Assembly: GCA_036556545.1 (NCBI GenBank)
Contig: DATBJF010000019.1
Span: 28,007-92,006, forward strand
Length of the DNA: 64,000 bases
Direction of reading: 5' to 3'
DNA from: Candidatus Methylomirabilota bacterium
GTDB lineage: Bacteria; Methylomirabilota; Methylomirabilia; Rokubacteriales; CSP1-6
The position numbers were made by a program, and so were the translations under genes. Positions 1-9,424 of the stretch are shown piece after piece. Below the pieces are notes generated by a model, which was not told the DNA's origin, searched no databases, and saw only the letters and a program-made list of their open reading frames with translations. Each line of letters starts with the position of its first letter. Within the stretch, counting starts at the first letter, position 1.

Positions 1-763
1 CGTCACGCCCGATGGCGGGCACGCGGGCGTCGAAGTCGCCGGTGCCGACACGGCGCGCGGCGGTGGCCAGCTGCGCCACCGGCCGCAGCACGATCCGGCG
101 CATGGCGAGGCCGAGCAGCGTGCCGGCGATCAGGATGGTGGCGGCGCCGATGGCGAGCTGGCGGTTCCGATGTCGGGCGACCTCCGCAAAGACCGGCTCC
201 ATGGACGTGGCCACCCGCACGACGGCGCGGACCTTGTGATCGGCCCCGTGACAGCCCTGGCACTTCTCCTGGTTCTGGATCGGCGTGTGCAAGGTGAAGT
301 ATCGTGCGTCGCCGCGCGTCTCGATCGCTTCTTGCGTCGCCAGGGTCTCGATGGCGCGCGCGAACAGGGGACCCGTCATCACCGGCCCCGCCGGGCGCGC
401 CATCTTCTCGATGTTCTTCCAGACCTCCGGCGCCAGCCCCGCGTTCTTGTCGACTTCCATGGCCGTGCTGAGGTCGGTGAAGGCTTCCACACCCGTCCGG
501 CGATAGACGGTGAACTCCTCCACCGGCGAGTTCTGGCGCAGCTCCTGGATCACCGTCCGCGTGACGTCGGGCCGCTCCTGCAGCATGGCGCCCTCGATGG
601 AAGCCACCAGCGTCGCCGTGAGCCGCCGCGCGGCCAGCATGTTCTGCTCGACGAGCAGGCTCGACTCGCGCTGGATGCTGATGATCGTCGACAAGCCGAA
701 GCCGGCGACGAGGACGACGATGATCAGCAGCTCGATCTTCACCGCGAGCCGGGATCGCAGCAT
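1..763 (-). CDS. Membrane sensor with periplasmic c-type heme motif and HAMP domain (3' part outside window)
   Basis: Manual translation, not in ORF track: MLRSRLAVKIELLIIVVLVAGFG (TM1)...NQEKCQGCHGAD (CxxCH)...QLAIGAATILIAGTLLGLAM (TM2) RRIVLRPVAQLATAARRVGTGDFDARV (HAMP). Output domain not visible. Confidence 0.8.
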   Translation of the reverse strand, partial: MLRSRLAVKIELLIIVVLVAGFGLSTIISIQRESSLLVEQNMLAARRLTATLVASIEGAMLQERPDVTRTVIQELRQNSPVEEFTVYRRTGVEAFTDLSTAMEVDKNAGLAPEVWKNIEKMARPAGPVMTGPLFARAIETLATQEAIETRGDARYFTLHTPIQNQEKCQGCHGADHKVRAVVRVATSMEPVFAEVARHRNRQLAIGAATILIAGTLLGLAMRRIVLRPVAQLATAARRVGTGDFDARVPAIGRD

Positions 764-833
764 TCCGCCGATGCTAGCACGCAGGCCCGCCCTTCCGCGC
801 TGTGCGCCGGGCCGGGTGCTATGATCGCGCGCG

Positions 834-2318
834 ATGAATCTGGCGGCCCTCGGCACGGAGAACTTCCGGAAGTTCGGCGAGTACGTGGCCGTGCACTTCG
901 AGGGGCGCGACATCACCAACGTCGAGCAGCAGCGCGCGGCGGCGAAGGTCGCCAACGCGCTGCGGCGGCTCGGGGTCGGCGCCGGCGATCGGGTGGTGGT
1001 ACTCCTCCCGAACTGTCCGGAGGTCACGCAGGCGTACGGGGGAATTCTGCGGCTCGGCGCCGTCATCGTGCCCCTCGTCTTCCTGCTGAGCCCGGACGAA
1101 GTCCGCCATGTGCTCGCGGACTCGGAGGCGAAGGTCGTCATCACGGCGTCCGAGCTCGTGTCCAAGGTGGAAGGCTGGGAGGGCAGCGTCGTCCTCGTCG
1201 GCGGCGGCGCCGAGGGACCGGCGTGGGGGGAATGGATCGCGCGCGAGCCGGATGAATGTCCGATGGCCGCGCGCGATGACGCCGACCTGGCCGTCGTCCT
1301 CTACACCGCGGGCACGACGGGACGGCCGAAGGGCGTGGCCCTCTCGCACGGCAACCTCGCGTCCAACGCCCGATCCGCGGCCAGCCTCTACGAGCTCGAT
1401 CGCACGGCATGGGCGCTCGCGGTGCTGCCGCTCTCGCATTCCTACGGGCTCACCGTGATGAACGCCGGCCACATCCTCGGCACGAAGGCCGTGCTGCTGC
1501 GCTGGTTCACTCCCGACCGCGTGCTCGAAACGATCGAGCGCTTCCGCGTGCAGTCCATGGCCGGCGTGCCGACCATGTACGTCTATCTGCTGAACTACCC
1601 GGAGGCGGACCGGTTCGACACGTCGTCGATGCGCTCGTGGGGGTCGGGCGCCGCGCCGCTTCCGCTCGAGATCGTCGAGCCGTTCGAGAAAAAGTTCGGC
1701 GGCCGTCTGCTGGAGGGCTACGGGCTGACCGAAGCCTCACCGGTGGTGTCGGCACATCGGCTCTCGGGCATCCGCAAGCTCGGCTCCGTCGGCCAGCCGA
1801 TCCCCGGCGTGGAGGTCGCCATCCTCGACGACGACGACCGGCCGGTGCCGAGCGGAGAGCTCGGCGAAGTGTGCGTACGAGGCCCGAACGTGATGCTCGG
1901 CTACTACCGGCTCCCCGACGAGACGGCACGCGCGCTCCGCGGCGGCTGGCTGCACACGGGCGACGTGGGCCGTCTGGACGCGGACGGGTTCCTCTACATC
2001 GTCGAGCGCAAGAAGGACCTGATCATCCGCGGCGGGTTCAACATCTATCCGCGCGAGGTGGAGGAGGTCCTCTACGCCCACCCGCACATCGCCGAGGCCG
2101 CCGTCATCGGGATGGCGGACGCGCTCATGGGAGAGGACGTGCTGGCGTTCGTCGCGTTGAAGCGCGGCGCCGTCGCCGACGCCGACGAGATCATCGCGTT
2201 CTGCCAGACGCGGCTCGCCAAGTTCAAGTGTCCGAAGCAGGTGCGATTCGTCGACGCGCTGCCCAAGAGCCCGGTCGGCAAAATCCTGAGGAAGGAGCTG
2301 CGGGCGCGGGTAGGATGA
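834..2318 (+). CDS. Long-chain-fatty-acid--CoA ligase (AMP-binding family)
   Basis: YTAGTTGRPKG, EGYGLTE, GWLHTGD, LPKSPVGKILRKEL motifs. Confidence 0.92.
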   Translation: MNLAALGTENFRKFGEYVAVHFEGRDITNVEQQRAAAKVANALRRLGVGAGDRVVVLLPNCPEVTQAYGGILRLGAVIVPLVFLLSPDEVRHVLADSEAKVVITASELVSKVEGWEGSVVLVGGGAEGPAWGEWIAREPDECPMAARDDADLAVVLYTAGTTGRPKGVALSHGNLASNARSAASLYELDRTAWALAVLPLSHSYGLTVMNAGHILGTKAVLLRWFTPDRVLETIERFRVQSMAGVPTMYVYLLNYPEADRFDTSSMRSWGSGAAPLPLEIVEPFEKKFGGRLLEGYGLTEASPVVSAHRLSGIRKLGSVGQPIPGVEVAILDDDDRPVPSGELGEVCVRGPNVMLGYYRLPDETARALRGGWLHTGDVGRLDADGFLYIVERKKDLIIRGGFNIYPREVEEVLYAHPHIAEAAVIGMADALMGEDVLAFVALKRGAVADADEIIAFCQTRLAKFKCPKQVRFVDALPKSPVGKILRKELRARVG

Positions 2319-2344
2319 GCGGGCCGGCGCGGATGCCGGCCCGC
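2319..2344. terminator. GC-rich hairpin between convergent genes
   Basis: GCGGGCCGGC-N6-GCCGGCCCGC perfect inverted repeat; no U-tract. Confidence 0.55.
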
Positions 2345-2354
2345 CCGGCACGAC

Positions 2355-2567
2355 TCAGACCTTCTCGTCTTCCTCGTCGTCGAGAATGCGATCGGCGGCG
2401 TCGCTCACCTTCTCCTTCGCCTTGCCGAAGCCCTCGCGCAGCTTGCCACCCGCGCGTTCGGCGCGGCCTTCGGCCTCGAGCTCGGGATCGTTGAGGATCT
2501 CGCCTGTCTCTTCCTTCACGTAGCCCTTCGCCTTCTCCGCCTTCCCCTTCAGCTCATCACGATTCAT
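2355..2567 (-). CDS. csbD: CsbD-family stress protein
   Basis: MNRDELKGKAEKAKGYVKEETGEILNDPELEAEGRAERAGGKL; GGGAGG SD upstream. Confidence 0.9.
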   Translation of the reverse strand: MNRDELKGKAEKAKGYVKEETGEILNDPELEAEGRAERAGGKLREGFGKAKEKVSDAADRILDDEEDEKV

Positions 2568-2620
2568 GAGAAGCCTCCCGTCACGAACGGCTTGCATCAC
2601 CGTCCGCACGGAAAAGTTTC

Positions 2621-2636
2621 TGCAAGGCGATTGCCA
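2621..2636 (-). promoter_or_regulatory. Sigma-54-type -24/-12 promoter for csbD
   Basis: Minus strand TGGCAATCGCCTTGCA (GG-N10-GC). Confidence 0.7.
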
Positions 2637-2882
2637 TTCAGTCTCTCGCGCGCGTGACTGCCGCTCCGCCGCCGTCCGCTAAGCGGCGATTTTTTCAGTC
2701 GATGCCATATCGCGCGTCATTCCACTGACACCGCCGATGGTAGACGAGTGTATTCACTACAACTAAGGGTTGCACTGAGCATCGGGCGCTGTTAGTGTCT
2801 CGTAGCTCATTCATTCATTCCTCATCCGTTCCTCAGTAGGCGAGACGGCGGCAAGTCGTGATTACCGACAGGAGGAACACGC

Positions 2883-3536
2883 ATGAGTCGTCACAGTAGA
2901 GCGCTCGCAGGGCTGACGCTGGTGATCGCGGTCGGAGTCGGGGGATTGGTCCTGACACGCCAGATGATCGCCGTCGCCGGCGAAGCGGACGCGGAGCGAT
3001 TGAATCGTGCCATTCTCCAGTACGTGGCGCAGAAGAATCCACAGGCGCCCATCAAAGCGTTCCAACGCTTCCCCGAAGTGCTCGTGGCGGAGGCGCAGAA
3101 GTCGAATCTGGATCACTGCCTCGTGCTCGCGCAGGCCGAGGTCGAATCGGACTTCCGTCACGACGCCGTGGGCGCCGCCGGCGAGATCGGCATCTTCCAG
3201 GTGCTGCCCAGCACGGCGGCTCTCATGGAGCCCATCGTGGGGCGGCTGAAGCGCGCGTCGATGACGAAGAACGGCCGCGACCTCGGCGATCTCGCCGATC
3301 CGCTCATCAGCACCCGCGTCGCCATGGCCTACCTGCGCGACATCCTCTCGCGCAAACCGAGCGTGCGCGACGCGCTCACCGAGTACAACGGCGGCCCCGC
3401 CGGACGCCACCCGCACTACTACCGCATGGTGATGGGCGCCTACGTGGAGATTCTGGAGCGCTCCGAGCTGCGATGCCGCTTCCGCGAGATGCCGAAGCAA
3501 ACGCCCGTTCTGACCACCCTGCTCACGCGCGCGTAG
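2883..3536 (+). CDS. Lytic transglycosylase (SLT domain) with N-terminal anchor
   Basis: EVESDF catalytic Glu motif, GEIGIFQVLPSTA, ALTEYNGG; AGGAGG SD. Confidence 0.85.
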   Translation: MSRHSRALAGLTLVIAVGVGGLVLTRQMIAVAGEADAERLNRAILQYVAQKNPQAPIKAFQRFPEVLVAEAQKSNLDHCLVLAQAEVESDFRHDAVGAAGEIGIFQVLPSTAALMEPIVGRLKRASMTKNGRDLGDLADPLISTRVAMAYLRDILSRKPSVRDALTEYNGGPAGRHPHYYRMVMGAYVEILERSELRCRFREMPKQTPVLTTLLTRA

Positions 3537-4005
3537 CGCGCGGATCGACCGGGAAGAAGCGCCCGCGCGCGGTCGCCACGACGCGCCGGGCGCCGAACTC
3601 CTCCAGGCTGCCCTCCACGTCGACGTAGCGGCCGTGGTTCGCCACCATCCGGCCGCGGCCGAGCAGCGGCGTCTCCGACGGCACGGGCTTCACGTAGCGG
3701 ACGGTCAGCTCGCCCGTCACCGCCGGCTTGCCGGCCGCGCGCGCGGCGGCGCCGCCCAGCACCTCGTCGAGATATGCGGCCACGATGCCACCGTGCACGG
3801 CGCCCGGCGGTCCTTCGTAGACGCGCGGCACCACGATCGGCGCCGCCACACCCTCGGAGGTCTCGAACCATCGCACGCGAAGCCCCGTCGGATGTCCGGC
3901 GCCGCAGCCGAAGCAGTGGTGGAACGTCTGGTCGGGCCCGGAGGCCAGTCGCAGCTCGCGGAGGCCGGCGAAGAAGTCGCCGAACCCGTCGGGGATGTCG
4001 CTCAT
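3523..4005 (-). CDS. PaaI-family (hotdog) thioesterase
   Basis: CFGCG...GPPGAVHGGIVAAYLDE, VTGELTVRYVKPVP. Confidence 0.85.
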   Translation of the reverse strand: MSDIPDGFGDFFAGLRELRLASGPDQTFHHCFGCGAGHPTGLRVRWFETSEGVAAPIVVPRVYEGPPGAVHGGIVAAYLDEVLGGAAARAAGKPAVTGELTVRYVKPVPSETPLLGRGRMVANHGRYVDVEGSLEEFGARRVVATARGRFFPVDPRATRA

Positions 4006-4280
4006 CCGCGCGGTCGCTCGGCGTCGATGGCCGCCGCCAGGCGGAAGTCGCGCTCGGTGAGACCGCCGGCGTCGTGCGTCCAGAGGCTGAGCGTCACCTG
4101 GTTGTAGCGGATGTCGATGTCGGGGTGATGCCGCTGGCCCTCGGCCAGCTCACCGACGCGGTTGACGAACGCGAGCGCACCGCGAAAGTCGTCGAAGCGA
4201 TAGGTCCGGGCAATGGCGCGGCCGGCGCGCGCCCAGCCCGGCACGCGCGCCAGCGCGGCGGCCACGGCCGTGTCGTCCAC
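4002..4280 (-). CDS. phhB: Pterin-4-alpha-carbinolamine dehydratase
   Basis: GTG start; FDDFRGALAFVNRVGELAEGQRHHPDI...LWTHDAGGLTERDF. Confidence 0.9.
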   Translation of the reverse strand: MDDTAVAAALARVPGWARAGRAIARTYRFDDFRGALAFVNRVGELAEGQRHHPDIDIRYNQVTLSLWTHDAGGLTERDFRLAAAIDAERPRG

Positions 4281-4281
4281 G

Positions 4282-5205
4282 CTACTGCCGCTCGAACTTC
4301 TGCAGCGACCGGATCTCGCGCGGCGGCTGTTCCTGGCTGCCCTGCGCCGTCCACGAGACCTCCGCCACGTAGAGATCGCCGTGCGAGTCGACCGCGCAGC
4401 CGTGCGGCGCCACGAACTCCCCCGGCTGCTCGCCCGCGAAGCGTCCGCCGATGCGCCCCAGGAGCTGCCCCTTGATGCTGAGGATGCTGACGCGGGCGCC
4501 CAGGTTCGGAACGTCCTTGTTGACGGCGAGATGCGACGGCAGCTCGCCGACGAAGAAGATGTCGCCCAGGCGAGCATCGGCCGCCAGGCCGCACGGACGG
4601 TGCAGATTGTTCCACTGCGCGAGGTACCGGCCATTCGGGTCGAAGATCTGCACGCGGTGGTTCTCACGGTCGGCCACGTAGACGAGTCCCGCCGCGTCGG
4701 TGGCGATGTTGTGCGGCAGATTGAAGCAGCCGGGATCGGTGCCGGGCTCGCCCCACGACATCAAATGACGTCCCTTGGGATCGTACTTGTGCACGCGCGA
4801 GTTGCCGTAGCCGTCGGAGACGTAGACGTCACCCGTCTTCGGCGAGATCGCCACGTGGGTCGGCCGGTTGAACGGCTTGCCTCCCTGCAGGGTCGACGGC
4901 CGGTCGGGATCGCCGATGGTGAGCAGGCACTGCCCCTGCGGCGTGAACTGCCGGATCGTGTGATGCAGATCGTCGGTCAGCCACAGCGTCCCGTCGGGCC
5001 CGATCGTGATGCCGTGCGCCCGGCGGAAGACGCCTTCGCCCCACGTCCGCTTGAAGCGGCCGGCGCGGTCGAAGACGATGACGGGATGCTTCCCGCGGTT
5101 GAAGACGTAAACGTCGTCGTTCGTGTCGACGGCAACGCTGGTCGCCTCCACAAAGCTCATGCCGTCGGGCAGCGTTCCCCAGTTCTCCACCGGCCGGTAG
5201 TTCAT
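4282..5205 (-). CDS. NHL-repeat beta-propeller (peptidyl-alpha-hydroxyglycine lyase-like family)
   Basis: FNRPTHVA, YVSDGYGNSRV, FNLPHNI, YVADRENHRVQIF, PHG repeats. Confidence 0.85.
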   Translation of the reverse strand: MNYRPVENWGTLPDGMSFVEATSVAVDTNDDVYVFNRGKHPVIVFDRAGRFKRTWGEGVFRRAHGITIGPDGTLWLTDDLHHTIRQFTPQGQCLLTIGDPDRPSTLQGGKPFNRPTHVAISPKTGDVYVSDGYGNSRVHKYDPKGRHLMSWGEPGTDPGCFNLPHNIATDAAGLVYVADRENHRVQIFDPNGRYLAQWNNLHRPCGLAADARLGDIFFVGELPSHLAVNKDVPNLGARVSILSIKGQLLGRIGGRFAGEQPGEFVAPHGCAVDSHGDLYVAEVSWTAQGSQEQPPREIRSLQKFERQ

Positions 5206-5294
5206 CGGACGCTCCTTGGCACGGACTGAAACGGCAGGCTTATCCTGCCACACGTTCCACCCTTTCGCGCCGCCTCGCCGTATAACAGGGCGAT

Positions 5295-5756
5295 ATGGAT
5301 GAGCGCACGTTCGCCCGGCTGGCCGAGGAATACGCCGGACGGCTGTACGCGGTCGCCTATCGGATGCTGGGCCATCGCGCCGATGCCGAAGACGCCGTGC
5401 AGCGTGCGTTGACGAAGTGCTTCGCGGCGCGGGCGAGCTACTCGCCACGCTGGGCGGCGTCGACCTGGCTCTACCGGGCGCTGTCGAACGTATGCATCGA
5501 CGAGCTGCGCCGGCGCCGGCCCATCGCCCCGGTGGACGAGCGTGACGAGACGGCGCCGCCACGGGGCAGCGACCGGCTCGAGCTGACGCGTGCGCTGGAG
5601 GCCGTGCCGCGCGAGGCGCGCCTGCTGCTCGCGCTGCACTATGTCGACGGGCTCTCGTACCGCGAGCTGGCCGCCGTGCGCGGGATCTCGGTGAACACGG
5701 TCAAGAGTCAGCTCGCGCGCGGCAAGGCCATCATGAAACGGGCGCTGGAGGAGTGA
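5295..5756 (+). CDS. ECF sigma-70 factor
   Basis: DAEDAVQ, TWLYR, LSYRELA...SVNTVKSQLARG. Confidence 0.9.
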   Translation: MDERTFARLAEEYAGRLYAVAYRMLGHRADAEDAVQRALTKCFAARASYSPRWAASTWLYRALSNVCIDELRRRRPIAPVDERDETAPPRGSDRLELTRALEAVPREARLLLALHYVDGLSYRELAAVRGISVNTVKSQLARGKAIMKRALEE

Positions 5757-6457
5757 AAGCAATGGACAGACTGGACACGACGCTCAAGCGGTTCTTCACG
5801 CCGGAGGCGCCGCCGGCGCTGGCCCGGCGCATGGTGGCACGCCTGGCGCCCCCGCCCGACCTCTCCGGCCTCATCGCGCGCTTCGCTATCGAGGCGAGCG
5901 ACCGCGGCGTGCAGCGCCTCGCCTACGGGCGCGGCCGGGACCTGGCCACGCGCGCCGGGCGGCGCCACCTCGAGCGGGCGCGCGAGGAGCTGCAGGAGTA
6001 CCTCGCCGGCCGGCGGACGTTCTTCACCGTGCCGATGGACCTGGAGGTTCCTCCGTTCCAGGCGAAGGTCCTCGCGGCCGCGGATCGGGTGCCGTTCGGC
6101 GAGGTGACCTCGTACGCGGAGCTGGCGCGGCGCATCGGCCATCCGCGCGCCGCGCGCGCCGTCGGCAACGCGCTCGGCGCGAACCCCGTGCCGATCTTCC
6201 TCCCGTGCCACCGCATCGTGCGCGGCGACGGCACGTGGGGTCACTACGCCTTTGGCGGAGCGCTCAAGACGCGACTGCTGGCGCTGGAGCGGGCGACTCC
6301 TGCCCTCGTGGGCTCGGCCACCACGCGGATCGTCTGCCGCCATGGCTGTGCGCACGAGCAGCGGATCGCCGAGCCGAATCGCATCGTCTTCGCCTCGGTC
6401 GCCGACGCGGCCAGCGTCGGCTATCGTCCGTGCCGGCGGTGCCGACCGGTGGCGTGA
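5753..6457 (+). CDS. ogt: Methylated-DNA--protein-cysteine methyltransferase with C-terminal Ada-type Zn domain
   Basis: AARAVG, NPVPIFLPCHRIV active site; C-terminal CRHGC...GYRPCRRCRP. Confidence 0.88.
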   Translation: MKAMDRLDTTLKRFFTPEAPPALARRMVARLAPPPDLSGLIARFAIEASDRGVQRLAYGRGRDLATRAGRRHLERAREELQEYLAGRRTFFTVPMDLEVPPFQAKVLAAADRVPFGEVTSYAELARRIGHPRAARAVGNALGANPVPIFLPCHRIVRGDGTWGHYAFGGALKTRLLALERATPALVGSATTRIVCRHGCAHEQRIAEPNRIVFASVADAASVGYRPCRRCRPVA

Positions 6458-6477
6458 GAGATGGTAGTATCCCGGCC

Positions 6478-7296
6478 ATGAGACGTCGCGTGCTGCTGGC
6501 GGGGCTGGCGATCGCGCTCGCCGTCTGGACCAGCCCGGCGGCGGCGCAGCTGCCGATCTTCGACGCGCACATCCATTACAGCCAGCCCGCCTGGAGCGTC
6601 TACACGCCGGAGCGGGCGCTGTCGATTCTCGCGCAGGCGGGCGTGCGGCGCGCGCTGGTGTCGAGCACGCCCGACGACGGCACCGTGATGCTCTACGAGA
6701 AGTCGCCGGCGGGGATCGTGCCGTTCCTTCGCCCCTATCGCACCCGGGACGACATGGGCTCGTGGACGCGCGACGCGGCGGTGGCCGCGTACGTCGAGGA
6801 GCGGCTCAAGCGCGGCATCTACCGGGGCATCGGCGAATCCCACTTCGGCGCCGACGACGTCACCGCGCCCACCGTGCGCCGCTTCGCGGAGCTCGCGGCG
6901 GCGCAGAACCTCTTTCTGCAGTGTCACGTCGACGAGACGACGGTCGAAAGGATGCTGGCGACGTACCCCGGCGTCCGCATTCTGTGGGCGCACGCGGGCA
7001 TGTCATCCTCGGCCGCCACCGTCGGCCGTCTCCTCGACCGCTACCCGATGCTATGGGTCGAGCTGTCGATGCGCACCGACGTCGCGCCGGGCGGCACCCT
7101 CGATCCCGAGTGGCGCGCGGTGTTCATGCGGAAGCCGGACCGCTTCATGGTCGGCACGGACACCTGGGTCCCGTCGCGCTGGGAGGCCATCCGCGACGCG
7201 ACGGCGGACGTGCAGACGTGGCTGCGTCAGCTGCCGCGCGAGGTCGCCGAGCAGATCGCCTACAAGAACGGCGACGCCCTGTTCCCCCCGCCCTAG
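6478..7296 (+). CDS. Secreted amidohydrolase-family protein
   Basis: Signal peptide; FDAHIHY, GIGESH, WAHAG, GTDTW. Confidence 0.8.
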   Translation: MRRRVLLAGLAIALAVWTSPAAAQLPIFDAHIHYSQPAWSVYTPERALSILAQAGVRRALVSSTPDDGTVMLYEKSPAGIVPFLRPYRTRDDMGSWTRDAAVAAYVEERLKRGIYRGIGESHFGADDVTAPTVRRFAELAAAQNLFLQCHVDETTVERMLATYPGVRILWAHAGMSSSAATVGRLLDRYPMLWVELSMRTDVAPGGTLDPEWRAVFMRKPDRFMVGTDTWVPSRWEAIRDATADVQTWLRQLPREVAEQIAYKNGDALFPPP

Positions 7297-7298
7297 GT

Positions 7299-7721
7299 CT
7301 AGGGCTCGAGGCCCGCGAGCAGCTTCAGGTCGGAGTCGTAGCGGAGGCGGGTGCGGGCATCGGCCGGGTCGGTCCACAGCACCTCGTCGACCTCGTGATC
7401 GTGCTCGCCGACCTTCTCGAGCGGCCGCATCAGAAACCAGCGCACGGTTTTCCGGATGCGCTGGCCGCTGCGCTGAAACCAGTACGTCACCGCCGTCAGC
7501 TCGCGGACCACCTCGCACCGCCAGCCCGTCTCCTCACGTACCTCGCGCACGGCGGCGTCGGCACTGGACTCTCCCGGGTTCAACGCCCCCTTCGGCAGCG
7601 TCCACACCGGTTGATTGCGGAGGTCGCGCGCTCGGATCAGCAAGATGCGGCCGCCATCGTCGACGACGAGGCCGCCGGCCGAGAACTGCAGAAGCGGACG
7701 AGCGCGCGAGGGCGGCGCCAT
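7299..7721 (-). CDS. NUDIX hydrolase
   Basis: LPKG...GES..AAVREVREETG Nudix box. Confidence 0.9.
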   Translation of the reverse strand: MAPPSRARPLLQFSAGGLVVDDGGRILLIRARDLRNQPVWTLPKGALNPGESSADAAVREVREETGWRCEVVRELTAVTYWFQRSGQRIRKTVRWFLMRPLEKVGEHDHEVDEVLWTDPADARTRLRYDSDLKLLAGLEP

Positions 7722-7774
7722 GCCTCATAGTAGACTCATTCGATGCCCCTGGAACACGGAGGCCCGCCGCTCGC

Positions 7775-9415
7775 GTGAGCGGGTCGCTGCGGGAGCACTT
7801 CCCGACCGGCGCGACCCCGCGCCCCGAACAGGCGCGCCTCCTCGATCAGCTCGAGGACGCCCTCGCCGAAGCCGAGCAGGACCCCGCCGCGCCGCGCGTG
7901 CTCGCCCTCGAGGCCCCGCCCGGCGTCGGCAAGAGCCATCTCGCCATGACGCTGGCGCGCTGGAGCGGTGATGCGTACCTGCTGACGTCGCAGAAGGTGC
8001 TGCAAGACCAGTACGAGCGCGAGTTCGGCGATCAGCTGCACGTCGTCAAGGGCCGCGACAACTACGTGTGCGAGCGCTACGCCGACCGCCTCGTTCCCAC
8101 GTCGCTCGGCATGTGCCGGCGGCCGCGCGGCCCGGTGTGCCAGTGTCCGTACGCGCGCGCGAAGGCGGCCGCGCTGGCCGGGGCGGTCTTCTGCACGAAC
8201 ACGTGGTATTTCGCCACGCTCCGCCACTGGCACGCCGAGCAGCTGCGGCGGCGGCGCCTGCTGATCGTGGACGAGGCCCACAATCTCGAGAGCCAGCTCG
8301 TCAACGTCTACACGGTGCGATTCACGACGGCCGAGATGAAGGACTGGTTCGGCGCGCCACTGCCGCACCTGCCGACCGCCGAGGAGTACCGCAACCTCCT
8401 CGGCGGCCATGCCGAGCGCATGGAGCAGGAGCGGCGCGCCGTGGTCGAACAGCTGGAGTCGCTCAGGCCCCCCGAGCTCGCGCCCGAGCTGTTTCTCGAG
8501 ATGCCGCCTTCCGCCGAGGAGACGCTCCTGCTCGAGCGTCGCGACGCGCTGGAAGGCGCGCTCGCGCGCCTGCACTTCTTCGTCGGCGCCGGCGATGCGG
8601 AATGGGTCGTCCGGTACCCGCCGGAGGCGGCGGCGACGCTCGAGCTCGTCCCGCACGAGGTCACCGGGCACGCGCGCGAGCTGCTGACCGGTAGTGCGGA
8701 GCTGGTGGTGCTGTCGTCCGCCTATCTCGGTCCGGCAGCCCTCGTGGCGGAGTCGCTCGGGCTCGAGGCGGAGGCCGTCCGCGGGCTGCGCACGCCGTCG
8801 CCATTTCCGCTCGAGCAGCGCCCGATCGTCTACCGGCCGGTGGCCGCGTTCTCTCGCGCCCGGCAGGCCGAGCAGGAGCCGGCGCTCTTCGCCGAGATCG
8901 CCGGGATTCTCGGCGCGCATCCGCGCGACAAGGGCCTGCTGCACGTCGCGTCCTACGCGGTGGCGCGCCGCCTGGTAGCGGAGCTGACACGGACGGCACC
9001 GGCGGAGGCGCGCCGTCTGATCTTCGTCGAGTCGTCGGACGCCAAGCGGCGGGCGCTCGAGCAGCATCGCGCCTCGTCGGTCCCCACCGTCCTCGTCTCC
9101 CCGTCGTTGCGCGAGGGCATCGATCTTCCCGACGACTTCTTGCGGTTTCAGATCGTCACCAAGATGCCGTACGGGGACCTCGGCGACCCCTGGACGGCAG
9201 CGCGGCGCGAGCGTGACCCGCGCTGGTATGCGCTGGAGACGGCGAAGGCGCTGGTGCAGACCTATGGACGGTCCTGCCGGCACACCGAGGACTTCGGAAT
9301 CACCTACGTGCTCGACGCGCAGTTCACGCGCTTTTTGCAGCACTACCGCCCGCTGCTACCGGAGTGGTTCCTCGACGCCGCGCACGCGGCGCTCCGCGTG
9401 TCGCCGGACTGGTGA
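7775..9415 (+). CDS. DinG/Rad3-family ATP-dependent helicase
   Basis: RPEQ Q-motif, EAPPGVGKS, DEAHNL, EGID, QTYGR; Cys cluster after KGRDNYVC. Confidence 0.88.
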   Translation: MSGSLREHFPTGATPRPEQARLLDQLEDALAEAEQDPAAPRVLALEAPPGVGKSHLAMTLARWSGDAYLLTSQKVLQDQYEREFGDQLHVVKGRDNYVCERYADRLVPTSLGMCRRPRGPVCQCPYARAKAAALAGAVFCTNTWYFATLRHWHAEQLRRRRLLIVDEAHNLESQLVNVYTVRFTTAEMKDWFGAPLPHLPTAEEYRNLLGGHAERMEQERRAVVEQLESLRPPELAPELFLEMPPSAEETLLLERRDALEGALARLHFFVGAGDAEWVVRYPPEAAATLELVPHEVTGHARELLTGSAELVVLSSAYLGPAALVAESLGLEAEAVRGLRTPSPFPLEQRPIVYRPVAAFSRARQAEQEPALFAEIAGILGAHPRDKGLLHVASYAVARRLVAELTRTAPAEARRLIFVESSDAKRRALEQHRASSVPTVLVSPSLREGIDLPDDFLRFQIVTKMPYGDLGDPWTAARRERDPRWYALETAKALVQTYGRSCRHTEDFGITYVLDAQFTRFLQHYRPLLPEWFLDAAHAALRVSPDW

Positions 9416-9424
9416 GCTCCGCGC

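Noticed and set aside
2723-2875. c-di-AMP (ydaO) or c-di-GMP riboswitch
   Set aside because: Hallmark conserved sequences were not found; kept only as an unknown structured leader.
3523-5205. NHL-PhhB-thioesterase trio as a peptide amidation or hydroxylase pathway
   Set aside because: No monooxygenase, aromatic amino-acid hydroxylase or precursor peptide nearby.
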